From positions 1,440,001 through 1,504,000 of the forward strand of contig OY843751.1 in assembly GCA_963693055.1 (NCBI GenBank): a stretch of DNA of 64,000 nt, read 5' to 3'. A program made the position numbers and the translations under genes. Of this stretch, positions 1-9,591 are shown piece by piece (position 1 is the stretch's first letter; each line of letters begins with the position of its first letter). Source of the stretch: a bacterium (GTDB lineage Bacteria > Zhuqueibacterota > Zhuqueibacteria > Residuimicrobiales > Krinioviventaceae). The notes under the pieces are model-generated. The model ran no database searches and was not told the DNA's origin. It saw only the letters and a program-made list of their open reading frames with translations.

Positions 1-1
1 G

Positions 2-328
2 AGTATTGTTGACTTGGATCAAACAAATGGTTCGAATGCTACCATTAAGCAGAACTCTCTCAAAATGGACAAGAATTATCAAAATGTTGTAAAGTTGAAC
101 CAAACCAATAGTTCTTTTGCTACTATTAACCAAGGTGGTAGTAATGGCGGTGGTTATAATGTAGTTAAAGGATTGGGCACTGCAGAATTTGGACAATCGT
201 TAAATGGAAGTATTTTGGACATTGATCAAATTGGCAATCATAATGTTGTAAGCTTGTATCAGGATGATGGTATTGCTACTGTAAGTCAAACTGGTAATAG
301 TAATGATGTAATTATACATCAATATTGA
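2..328 (+). CDS. Curlin-repeat protein (CsgA-like amyloid subunit), 5'-truncated by window edge
   Basis: Repeated Q-x-G-x-x-N-x(5)-Q motifs (DQIGNHNVVSLYQ, SQTGNSNDVIIHQY); the frame is open back to base 2. Confidence 0.75.
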   Translation, partial: SIVDLDQTNGSNATIKQNSLKMDKNYQNVVKLNQTNSSFATINQGGSNGGGYNVVKGLGTAEFGQSLNGSILDIDQIGNHNVVSLYQDDGIATVSQTGNSNDVIIHQY

Positions 329-415
329 TTGCAAATTAATCAAGATTTCTTTTTTAAAGATTGTTTACCATGTGAAATTGGATTATTCTTGGCAAGTAAA
401 ACCGTAAGGGTAAAA

Positions 416-949
416 ATGAAATTGCCAAAATTTATAATTATTCTGGTTTTTGCATTATCGTTTCATCTTTATGCACAATATGATGTTAAAGTTGAACAGG
501 ATGGAAATAATAATGAAATCCTAGTTAACCAGTCCGGATTGTTCAACAAGATCAATGTTTTACAACGAGCTGACAATTCCCGTTCCGTAATCAACCAAGA
601 CGGAACGGGTAATGTCATTACTCAAATCAATGAGAATTCTGATTCGGGTGCAATAACCAAGCAAAAAGTTGTTCAGGATGGTGATTATAATTATTCAAGA
701 ATCGATATTGATGGAGCTCAAACGCTTTCAGATTATAATACTACTATTTCTCAGGAATATGGTAATGGCAATGAAGCACAAATTACATCAATTGGGATGA
801 AAAATGGTAGTAATTCAGAAAACGATTTACTGATTCAACAACATGGATCAAATAATTATGGTGATTTACAGGTTTATGGTATGGGGTTGGGAGGTAGTAT
901 TATACAAACAGGTGATAATATGTCCGTAACAGTTATTCGTACAAATTAA
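416..949 (+). CDS. Curlin-repeat protein (CsgB/CsgA-like) with signal peptide
   Basis: ATG at 416 gives the signal peptide MKLPKFIIILVFALSFHLYA, followed by ~7 QxGxxN repeats (EQDGNNN, NQSGLFN, NQDGTGN, VQDGDYN, QQHGSNN). The ORF track starts at 329. Confidence 0.75.
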   Translation: MKLPKFIIILVFALSFHLYAQYDVKVEQDGNNNEILVNQSGLFNKINVLQRADNSRSVINQDGTGNVITQINENSDSGAITKQKVVQDGDYNYSRIDIDGAQTLSDYNTTISQEYGNGNEAQITSIGMKNGSNSENDLLIQQHGSNNYGDLQVYGMGLGGSIIQTGDNMSVTVIRTN

Positions 950-1084
950 AATAGAATAATTCCAGCATATTTCTCAATATTATTGCCTGATAGCTTAATC
1001 CATGTCATTCACACACTATTATCTTGCCAAAATAAAAGAGTATGACAGAGTTTATGAACAGGTTTTACTAACTCTAATGAATAG

Positions 1085-2185
1085 ATGAGAAATACAATTG
1101 GTAAATACATATATTATTTCATGCTTTTATCTTTTCCCTTTTCTTCAACAACTGCGCAGGAAATTTTAACTGTAATTCCCAATACAATTCAATTGGATCT
1201 GGTACCCGGCTATTTAGAAGTGGTTGATGTTAAAGTAATGAATACCTTTGACAAGGATTTGCAAATAAAAGTTGATTATGACACTACCTGGGTAGATGTT
1301 TCTCCATTCGAGTTCAGTCTTTTACCTGGTAATATGACCCAATTGCTGGTCTTTTTTTTCATTCCAACAGGTCAAACACCGGTTTCGAATGGTTCAATTA
1401 TTTTTAAAAATAAAAACAATAGCCAGGTTTTAAACAAAATTGATCTAATTCTAAACTCAACATCAACTAAATCTCAAAATATTGATAACCAAAATAATTA
1501 CGAACCGCCGAACACAAATAATGATAATTATATTAATCCCCAAATACTTGAGCTGCAGCAACAGATCCAGAAAGATCAGCTTGTGATTTCTGATCTGGAA
1601 AGCCAATTGAACAAAAAAGATTTAGAAATTGCCAAGTTGTTAGATGCAAATGAATCAAACTCGGATGAATTTGTACTTGCTTCATTTCCCAAGGTTGATG
1701 AAAATCAATCAGTGGGCTTTGATGCACTCAATTCTTTATACAATGTATTGCTTCGTGAGATGAATTCTGATCTAAAAAATAATAAAGCAGTACTTGACTT
1801 TTCCCAAAATAAAATATATTTTTCTATCTCAGGAGAGATCGCATTTATTTCTGGTGGAAATTATTTGAGATTGGAAGGGGAAAGGGTGTTGAATCGATTT
1901 TCAAACGTGTTGAAAAATTTTTCTTATAAAGATTTCAAGATTATGGTTGTTGGGCATACGGATTCGGTACAATATAAAGACGGTATGCGGCAGGAAACAT
2001 TTGGCAACTGGGAGCTATCTGCGCTTAGATCTGTCAAAGTAATCAAGCATTTACAGAAAATGTCCGATTATTCTGGTACTCATTTACTTGCATCCTGCCA
2101 GGCATCATATTCACCCATTGCTCCCAATAATACCAAAAATGGAAGGATTGCAAATCGGAGAATTGAAATTATTATTTCCTATTAA
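1085..2185 (+). CDS. OmpA/MotB-family peptidoglycan-binding protein with N-terminal Ig-like and coiled-coil regions
   Basis: C-terminal GHTDS...NWELSALRS...NRRIEI MotB/OmpA motifs; signal peptide; Q/L-rich coiled coil. Confidence 0.85.
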   Translation: MRNTIGKYIYYFMLLSFPFSSTTAQEILTVIPNTIQLDLVPGYLEVVDVKVMNTFDKDLQIKVDYDTTWVDVSPFEFSLLPGNMTQLLVFFFIPTGQTPVSNGSIIFKNKNNSQVLNKIDLILNSTSTKSQNIDNQNNYEPPNTNNDNYINPQILELQQQIQKDQLVISDLESQLNKKDLEIAKLLDANESNSDEFVLASFPKVDENQSVGFDALNSLYNVLLREMNSDLKNNKAVLDFSQNKIYFSISGEIAFISGGNYLRLEGERVLNRFSNVLKNFSYKDFKIMVVGHTDSVQYKDGMRQETFGNWELSALRSVKVIKHLQKMSDYSGTHLLASCQASYSPIAPNNTKNGRIANRRIEIIISY

Positions 2186-2216
2186 ATATATTGTGACTAT
2201 CAAACTCTGCCATTAA

Positions 2217-3719
2217 ATGAGGTACGAAATGAAACTGAATGCAATGAAATGGATAATGCCTGTTGTGATAGCTCTGCTGGTTTTGATCAGTTGTACAGAA
2301 GATCCTATTGATCCTGTAACTACCGGAAATATAAGTGGGCAGGTAATACATTCTGAAACATTAGAACCCATATCCGGGGCAAATATTACTACAACACCTG
2401 CATCTATAGCAGTAAATACAGATATTTCTGGTAATTATCAAATTGAAGGTGTGGAACAAGGAACGATAACTGTCAAGGCTACCAAAACCGGATATAAATC
2501 TTCATCCATTAGTATACTGGTTGAACCCAGTCAGAATACAATAGCCAATATACAAATGTCTGAATCCACACAGACAAATGATGCACCAAATTCACCTTCT
2601 AGTCCGGTACCTGACAATGGTGCAAGTGATCAATCAACAAGCATTACTTTGACATGGCGTGCGAGTGATCCCAATTCTGATGATACGTTGTATTACGATG
2701 TATATCTGGGCAATTCAGGCCCTATGCATTTAATCTCAGAAAATCAAACAGATACAACCCTGGGATTAACAGATTTGAGTTATGGACACACATACCACTG
2801 GCAGGTTGTAGCAAGAGACCAGGAGGGATTAGAGACAAACAGCCCGGCATGGAGTTTTACTACGTCTGATTTCCCCCGGTATTCCATTGTTTTTGCATCA
2901 AACGTTGATGGTAACTATAATATTTTTACCGGTTCTGGTGATGGTGCGGATTCAATACGACTCACGATTGATCCCGGTAGAGATTGGTATCCCCGTTTTA
3001 GCCCGAATCGTGAAAAAATAGCGTTTACTTCGAATCGGAATGTTGAATCTCAGTTGTTTATTATGAATTATGATGGAAGCGATCTTGAACAAATCTCGAG
3101 TATACCTGTTGTGGGGTATAATAATTATGGAACAGGATTTTGTTGGAACCCAACTGGGCATAAGCTGTTATATGCCAACTATGAAAAATTATACAGGATT
3201 GATTCCGATGGAGATCAGTTAACACAAATTGCTACAGCACCCGAAAATCGTAATTTTTACGAAATGGATTGGTCGCCCGTTGGTGGAAAAATAGCGGCAA
3301 TTACTATGGGAAGTAATGTATATGATACTGAATTGTATATAATGAATGAAAATGGATCCAATATGACCTTGTTGCTTGATAATGTAACCGGTCGTATGGG
3401 GCATCCAACATTTTCGCCCGGTGGTGATCGGATTGCATATTATTATGATATCTCTGGTTACGAATCTGGGAATAACAGAATGCTTGACGCATGTATCCAT
3501 ATTATTGACATAGCAATGACTGATACCACAAACTTGTCAACTAATAAACCTGTTGGAACGAATGATATTGATCCTGTATGGACTCCTGATGGTGCACATA
3601 TCATTTTTACTAATGTTCCCAATGATAATTCTGGAAATCCATCGGTATGGATTATGAATACCAGCGGAGAGTCTCGTGAAAAATTGTTTGATAACGCACA
3701 AATGCCGGATTGGAGATAA
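2217..3719 (+). CDS. Lipoprotein: carboxypeptidase-regulatory-like domain + FN3-like domain + TolB-like (PD40) beta-propeller
   Basis: Lipobox LISC; GNISGQV...PISGANIT; YHWQVVARD; repeated PRFSPNREKIAF, WSPVGGKIA and PVWTPDGAHIIF. Confidence 0.8.
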   Translation: MRYEMKLNAMKWIMPVVIALLVLISCTEDPIDPVTTGNISGQVIHSETLEPISGANITTTPASIAVNTDISGNYQIEGVEQGTITVKATKTGYKSSSISILVEPSQNTIANIQMSESTQTNDAPNSPSSPVPDNGASDQSTSITLTWRASDPNSDDTLYYDVYLGNSGPMHLISENQTDTTLGLTDLSYGHTYHWQVVARDQEGLETNSPAWSFTTSDFPRYSIVFASNVDGNYNIFTGSGDGADSIRLTIDPGRDWYPRFSPNREKIAFTSNRNVESQLFIMNYDGSDLEQISSIPVVGYNNYGTGFCWNPTGHKLLYANYEKLYRIDSDGDQLTQIATAPENRNFYEMDWSPVGGKIAAITMGSNVYDTELYIMNENGSNMTLLLDNVTGRMGHPTFSPGGDRIAYYYDISGYESGNNRMLDACIHIIDIAMTDTTNLSTNKPVGTNDIDPVWTPDGAHIIFTNVPNDNSGNPSVWIMNTSGESREKLFDNAQMPDWR

Positions 3720-3748
3720 TCTCAGGTAATACTGATATGAAAATTAAG

Positions 3749-3778
3749 AAAAGGCCTCTTTAAAAAAGAGGCCTTTTT
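3749..3778. terminator. Intrinsic terminator (probably bidirectional)
   Basis: AAAAGGCCTCTTT-aaa-AAAGAGGCCTTTT perfect hairpin after the stop at 3719. Confidence 0.85.
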
Positions 3779-3929
3779 AGTACTGTAAGCAGTTAATACG
3801 GATTATATTAAAATTTGAATTGTTCTTAATGATTTTTAATGTTATTTTGAATTTTACAAACTCCCCATATTTACTATTAATTAGCCAATTCAGTTTTTTT
3901 TAATGAGTGTTTAAAATTAAGGTGTTATT

Positions 3930-4442
3930 ATGGCAAAAAAAACTAAAATCAGTTTCAGAGTTTTTCATCGGTATCTGGGTTTCTTTTTGGTAGGAATCTG
4001 GATTGTGTATGCTATTAGTGGAACCATATTGATCTTTCGTGATACAGATTATTTTAAACAGGAAAAATTGATTACCAAAGAAATTAAACCCAATGCTGAA
4101 TCAAGTGAATTGGGGCAATTGTTGGGAATCAGTCAGTTAAAAGTTGAAAAGGAAGAAGGAGATGTGATATATTTCAATACGGGTAGTTATAATAAAATAA
4201 CGGGCAAAGCAGAATATACTGTTTTAAAACTTCCCTATGTATTGGAACGTATGACCAATCTCCATAAGGTTAGGTCTGCTAATCCTTTATTCTTTATTAA
4301 TATTATTTTTGCTGCGTCATTATTGTTTTTTGTGATATCAGCATTCCGCATGTATCCTGCCAAATCTGCCATTTTCAAAAAAGGATTAATATTTACTTGT
4401 TGTGGTGTTGTGTTCACTTTGCTTCTTTTGTTTGTTGGGTAA
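3930..4442 (+). CDS. PepSY-associated TM helix membrane protein
   Basis: FRVFHRYLGFF N-terminal motif, NLHK motif, three hydrophobic helices. Confidence 0.75.
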   Translation: MAKKTKISFRVFHRYLGFFLVGIWIVYAISGTILIFRDTDYFKQEKLITKEIKPNAESSELGQLLGISQLKVEKEEGDVIYFNTGSYNKITGKAEYTVLKLPYVLERMTNLHKVRSANPLFFINIIFAASLLFFVISAFRMYPAKSAIFKKGLIFTCCGVVFTLLLLFVG

Positions 4443-4479
4443 TTAATTATAAATAGTGAAAATGTAATTTATTTGTTTG

Positions 4480-4506
4480 AGCCCCATTTTTTGGGGCTTT
4501 TTTTTT
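4480..4506 (+). terminator. Intrinsic terminator
   Basis: AGCCCCA-ttttt-TGGGGCT followed by a T-run. Confidence 0.8.
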
Positions 4507-4889
4507 ATTCGTGATGAAATTTATTTTTGCTTATCAGGGCATTATTAACCTGTCTGCAAGAATCTGTTCTGACTTTTTGATTTTGTCTTGTCAAGTTTCT
4601 GATAAATGTTTAGAATTATTTATCACGAGATCTTTTGGTTATTATTTTTTTCTCTATATTTTTGTAATTTATTAAATGAATAATTATGCTTGCTTGAGGA
4701 GTAAGAGTAATATTATATATTACCAAATTTGCACCAGCAAACTGATTAGAAAAAGAACTACAAGTGATCAGGGAGTATATGTTATAACTGATGAGCCCAG
4801 TTTTAATATCTGAATACAACTTGGTAAGTTTGTTGAAAAGAAACACAACCTGATAATATATAATAAATAAATATAATTTCAAGAGCCGG

Positions 4890-5697
4890 GAGTTATATTC
4901 AAATGTTGTGGATGACTTGAAAAGATAAATAAAAAAAGCGAATCCTATAGTTTTGTTTTTATTTTTTCCACCAAAAAAAACAAAAGGACACGCTATGAAA
5001 AGAAATACATTAACAAAGTTAAAAGTCCAAGAAGAAACCACAACATTTAAAGAAAATTTGGATGGAATCATTCGCAACGGTGCGTAACAATTATTAGCAA
5101 CAGCAATTGAGGCAAAAGTGTAAGAGTATATTGAGTGTTATTAAATATAAAGAGATGAGAAGGGGCACCGTCTGGCAGTTCGCAACGGTTTCATGCCGGA
5201 ACGGACAATCATGTCAAGTTCAGGTCCCATAACAATTCGGCAGCCGCGAGTGGATGATCGGAAACTTTGGACACCGCTTGATGTTGAAGGTTTTACAAGA
5301 GAGATATTGTCCAAGTATCTAAGACGGACACCCAGCCTGGATAATTTGATACCTGCCTTTTATTTACATGGCATTTCAACGCAGGATTTCCCGGCAGCAT
5401 TGTTAGCATATTAGAACTACCAATCCCGTTGAATCGACTTTTGCAACTGTGAGGTTGCGTACCAGACGGACAAAAGGTTGTGGTTCAAGTCAGGCGACTT
5501 TGACGATGGTTTATAAATTGGCTAAAGAAGCGGAAAAAGATGGCGGCGCTTGAGAGGTTACAAGTGGATCCCGTTTGTTGTTAAAGACGAAAAGTTTGTA
5601 GATGGAGTGCCTGAAAATGAGGATTTGTTTAAGTTGGCAGCTTGAGTTTTTGTTAAATAGATACGCTTTTTTGATCTACAACTATTGACAATAACTC
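4890..5697 (+). mobile_element. IS256-family remnant, internally deleted; transposase pseudogene 4995-5645
   Basis: Imperfect terminal IRs GAGTTATATTCAAATGTTGTGGAT (4890) and rc GAGTTATTGTCAATAGTTGTAGAT (to 5697). IS256 motifs VRNG.MPERTI..GPI.IRQPRV, LYLHGIST-like and RTTNPVESTFATVRLRT are interrupted by stops; only 808 bp long. Confidence 0.8.
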
Positions 5698-5724
5698 TTT
5701 TCATTGCTGTAAATGGTTAAAAAA

Positions 5725-7335
5725 TCACTTTAAGAGTATCATTTTTTTTACAATAATCGTTTTTTCTGTTTTCATTTTGTAGTAATAGATTCCGCTTACC
5801 AAATCAGAAGCGTTAAATTCAACTTTATTCAAACCAGCCGATTGATTTCCATTTACTAGCGTTGTTATTTTGCGACCCAACATGTTATAAACTGTGATGG
5901 TTACATGTCCGGATTCAGGCACTTCATAGCGAATGGTAGTAGTGGGATTAAAGGGGTTTGGATAGTTTTGAAACAACTCGTATTGAGTAGGAAGGATCTG
6001 TTCGGATTTGATATCTGTTGTATTCAAGTTACCTGAATATAAATAAATCTTACCGATTCTTGTATCTCCGGTGTGGTCAATTGAACTGACAAGTATATCC
6101 TTATAGCCATCGTAATTTACATCACCCGCGAGAGATATGGATTGGATGCCGTCAAAATAATCGCTGATATGCAGAGTATAGTCCGGCTCAGTATCCATTT
6201 CTGTTCCACCGAAAAAGAAATATATATTATTTTCATCACTAACCATAATGTCATCATAATCATCATGATTCATATTACCTGCACAGGCAGCGCTTTTCCC
6301 GAAATTAAATAGCGTATTTTCAATAATAACATCGGGAGTTGCATCCATATCGGTTCCACCATAGTAAATACAAACATAGCTGGAGGGTCCTACTGCTGAT
6401 CCCATATAAGGTGCTCCAACAATGATATCATCAAATCCATCATTGTTGATATCACCTGCAGATGCAATTGTATGTCCAATTCTTTGATCTCCCGACCCGG
6501 TAATGATAACGTCAGGATTTGAGTCCAGCGTATTGTTTCCAAAATAAATATAGATACGTCCTACATTCACGGTTTCGCCAGCTATTTCATAACCCGGGGC
6601 ACCAATGGCTATATCCGAGAAACCGTCGTTATTGACATCCCCGACAAAAGCGAGGCTTGTTCCAAAGTTGTTAAACTCGGCTTCACCTGTAAACATGAGT
6701 TCAGGTATTGTACCCATTGTTGGGCCACCAAAATAAAGATATACCCGACCTGTATGGGTGCCCTTTTTATCGTCACAATATGCACTGATAACAAAATCAT
6801 CATAACCGTCATTATTAAAGTCACCTGCATTTTTAACACAATTCCCAAAACCGCTTCCTGGTTTTCCATCGCTAAATGTTAATTTTGGTGTAAAAGTATC
6901 AACCAAAAACGGCAGATTACCAAAATAAAGTGCTGCTTTACCGGTAAAATAGAACCCTGTCTCACTGGTGTCATACGCGCAAACAATGATATCTGAAAAT
7001 CCATCATTATTCACATCTCCGGCAAAAGATACACTTTTACCCAAAAGTCCCTCATGATTTTGTCCGGTTATCGTATAATCAGCGTCTAAATCCATTTGTC
7101 TATTTCCCAAGTAAAGATATGCGTTACCTCGACCGTTGCATGGATCACTAATGATAATATCGTCATATCCATCCATATCAAAATCACCAGCATGTGAAGC
7201 ACAATATCCGAATGCATCATATTCGTTCATGCTTTTATTTAATTCAAGCAATAACTCTGATGGTTCCTGGGCGAATGAAAAATTGACAAGAACCAGCAAA
7301 ATTACTATATATAGCGATTTCATATCATTCTCCAT
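5725..7335 (-). CDS. Secreted FG-GAP (integrin-alpha-like) repeat protein with C-terminal sorting domain
   Basis: About seven AGDxNxDGxxDxxxGA repeats; signal peptide; C-terminal QNYPNPFNPTT...KKMILLK. Confidence 0.9.
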   Translation of the reverse strand: MENDMKSLYIVILLVLVNFSFAQEPSELLLELNKSMNEYDAFGYCASHAGDFDMDGYDDIIISDPCNGRGNAYLYLGNRQMDLDADYTITGQNHEGLLGKSVSFAGDVNNDGFSDIIVCAYDTSETGFYFTGKAALYFGNLPFLVDTFTPKLTFSDGKPGSGFGNCVKNAGDFNNDGYDDFVISAYCDDKKGTHTGRVYLYFGGPTMGTIPELMFTGEAEFNNFGTSLAFVGDVNNDGFSDIAIGAPGYEIAGETVNVGRIYIYFGNNTLDSNPDVIITGSGDQRIGHTIASAGDINNDGFDDIIVGAPYMGSAVGPSSYVCIYYGGTDMDATPDVIIENTLFNFGKSAACAGNMNHDDYDDIMVSDENNIYFFFGGTEMDTEPDYTLHISDYFDGIQSISLAGDVNYDGYKDILVSSIDHTGDTRIGKIYLYSGNLNTTDIKSEQILPTQYELFQNYPNPFNPTTTIRYEVPESGHVTITVYNMLGRKITTLVNGNQSAGLNKVEFNASDLVSGIYYYKMKTEKTIIVKKMILLK

Positions 7336-7393
7336 TTAAAAAATCTTGCAATGCACTATTCTTGATACTTGAATGTCCATGTTGCAAGCCTTT

Positions 7394-9379
7394 CTATTTG
7401 AGTAACAGCATTTGACGTGATTGACTGACAATATCATTGCCTGTTTGTAATTCCATTCTGTATATATAAATACCAGTTGATACACGTATGTTTTTATCAT
7501 TACGCCCATCCCATTTTATTTCAAATGTACCTGCTGATTGGTGTTGGTCAATGAGCGAACGTACCATTTCTCCTTTTAGATTATAAATGTCCAACCTGAT
7601 ATCGGCAGAAACCGATAGCGAGTAGTTAATGGTAGTTGATGGATTAAAAGGATTCGGGTAATTTGAATTCAGTATAAATGTATTTGGAATATTGTCAGTA
7701 CCGGAGTCTATTCCTGTTGGTGTATTGTTTACTATTTGAATCAGTTCAATACCTTCACCGGTTCCCAGATTACGGCTGTATTGTTTGTCTGTTGAATTGT
7801 TCCAGTGCTCATGCACACCCAAACTTGTAAGGGGAACGCCGTCATTTTCCGGATCATATACTGTGCCCGAAGGTGGATTGTCTGCCTGTGCCGCTTCGTG
7901 GAGATAATTGTCTGCTGTGCCGGCAGAAACGGCCCCTTCTGATCGTAAAAAGTCCAGCAAGACTGACTCTATGGCAATACCATCCTGGCTCATAAACAAG
8001 CTCGAGGCGGGGCCACCATTGAATGGTGGCGCAGACCAGTAACGATAGCGGATGCATTCAGCCATAAACAAGAGTACCTTGCCTCCCAGATCTTTATGCC
8101 CCAATAGATCGACCAAGGGATTGTAAGAGCCCATGGGGCGCATGGGAATATCATCAGAGAAATTGAGTGCGGCGACAGATTTGTGCATAAATTCCGGATG
8201 CCAGCCGTGATAGTATTGGTATACGGTAGGATGCCAGACGGATCCAAAGAAATTTTTGGCGCAGAATGTAACCCCTGCCAGGTCATGAGGACGAGGCAAG
8301 GCAACGTTGATGAGATATTTGGCTTCAGAGACTACTGTAGGCAGACAAACTGTTCCACTTCCGGGAACAATGTCCGGATCCCCATAATAGACCACACAAT
8401 TGGTATCGGGTACTACTTTTTCGCGGGTGCCGGCATCGTTACCGGGACCGGATTCATAATTACTGCGATCGGTGGCATCACCTTCGGCCCAGCGCACACC
8501 GGGAAAGTCAGCATGGCAGTATTTATAGACAGGATCGCCATGATAAAAGATACAATCATAAAGGCTTATGTCTTCTTCCGGTACGCCGGCCATATTCACC
8601 AGTTGCCAGAGCAGAGCATGTAACATTTGCGGACAGGGGCGGTTATCCTGGCTGTTTGTCCATTCATATGAACGGGAGAATATGTTGTTGACCTTGATGG
8701 CGATTTTGTCACCTGCCTGGTAGCCCACATCCTGTTGATTGTGATGTGTTTGATTAAAGTTTCTAAAAATGGCCTCCCAGGATGCAACGGGATCATCAAG
8801 GCCGGTGAGGTTGAGTAACGCATCGGTCATCATTTGCTGAGCTATCTTTGGATTGGTTCGTTCGTCTTCCCACCACCAACCGCTTGTTTCGCCCTGATCG
8901 CAGAGCAGACTGTCGTATACCCACACAACACGTCCGGGATAAATTCCTCTGCCAATCCCCATAGGGCTGTTGGCTGGCTCGGTGGGCACAAAGGTTCCGG
9001 CTGATTTGGCTGTATTGGGGGTAATATTTAAAGTTATAAAGACAAGTAGTGCCGCAGCGGTAAAACAAATTGCACCTACAATATACCGTTGTCTTTGTAA
9101 CAGATGTCTGGCTCGTTGTATTATCAATGTAGAACCGGCTAGCCCGGTTAACCAGACAACAAAGCTGGCTGCTATCGGTTGAGCTACCTTTTGGCAGGGA
9201 TAGGTTGCACGGCTGGGTTTAGGTACAACTCTTAGGAGAACCCAAATAAGAGAAGCCAGTCCCAAAAGGATCCAAAGCAAAAAGGACTTTTTATTAATAA
9301 TAACTAGTCCGATAATTTTGCCAGTACGAGGGCACACTGTGAACGGTTTCATTATCAATCGTTTAATTTTGGTTAACAT
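7394..9379 (-). CDS. DUF362-domain protein with C-terminal FlgD-Ig/T9SS-A-like sorting domain
   Basis: RVVPKPSRATYPCQ, PMGIGRGIYPGRVVW, KIAIKVN, H.LAGVTFCAKNFFG and SLGVHEHWNN motifs; NYPNPFNPSTTI tail. Confidence 0.8.
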   Translation of the reverse strand: MLTKIKRLIMKPFTVCPRTGKIIGLVIINKKSFLLWILLGLASLIWVLLRVVPKPSRATYPCQKVAQPIAASFVVWLTGLAGSTLIIQRARHLLQRQRYIVGAICFTAAALLVFITLNITPNTAKSAGTFVPTEPANSPMGIGRGIYPGRVVWVYDSLLCDQGETSGWWWEDERTNPKIAQQMMTDALLNLTGLDDPVASWEAIFRNFNQTHHNQQDVGYQAGDKIAIKVNNIFSRSYEWTNSQDNRPCPQMLHALLWQLVNMAGVPEEDISLYDCIFYHGDPVYKYCHADFPGVRWAEGDATDRSNYESGPGNDAGTREKVVPDTNCVVYYGDPDIVPGSGTVCLPTVVSEAKYLINVALPRPHDLAGVTFCAKNFFGSVWHPTVYQYYHGWHPEFMHKSVAALNFSDDIPMRPMGSYNPLVDLLGHKDLGGKVLLFMAECIRYRYWSAPPFNGGPASSLFMSQDGIAIESVLLDFLRSEGAVSAGTADNYLHEAAQADNPPSGTVYDPENDGVPLTSLGVHEHWNNSTDKQYSRNLGTGEGIELIQIVNNTPTGIDSGTDNIPNTFILNSNYPNPFNPSTTINYSLSVSADIRLDIYNLKGEMVRSLIDQHQSAGTFEIKWDGRNDKNIRVSTGIYIYRMELQTGNDIVSQSRQMLLLK

Positions 9380-9591
9380 GGATAACTCCCATATAAAGCT
9401 TTTGATTGCAATGTAACATTGGTATTTAGGCGCTCAACAGAATAACTGTCTGTGTTATGCTTGAGAAATTGTTAGTACGGGTAATTAGAATTGTCTGATT
9501 AAAGAAAAGCGTTTCCCGTTGTTTTGAACCTTTTTGAAATAAATTATATCCCCTAAAAAGTTCGAATGACATATATTTAATTATATTAACT

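Noticed and set aside
4616-5077. 153-aa minus-strand ORF
   Set aside because: Low-complexity F/I/L sequence antisense to the IS256 remnant and crossing its end; likely spurious
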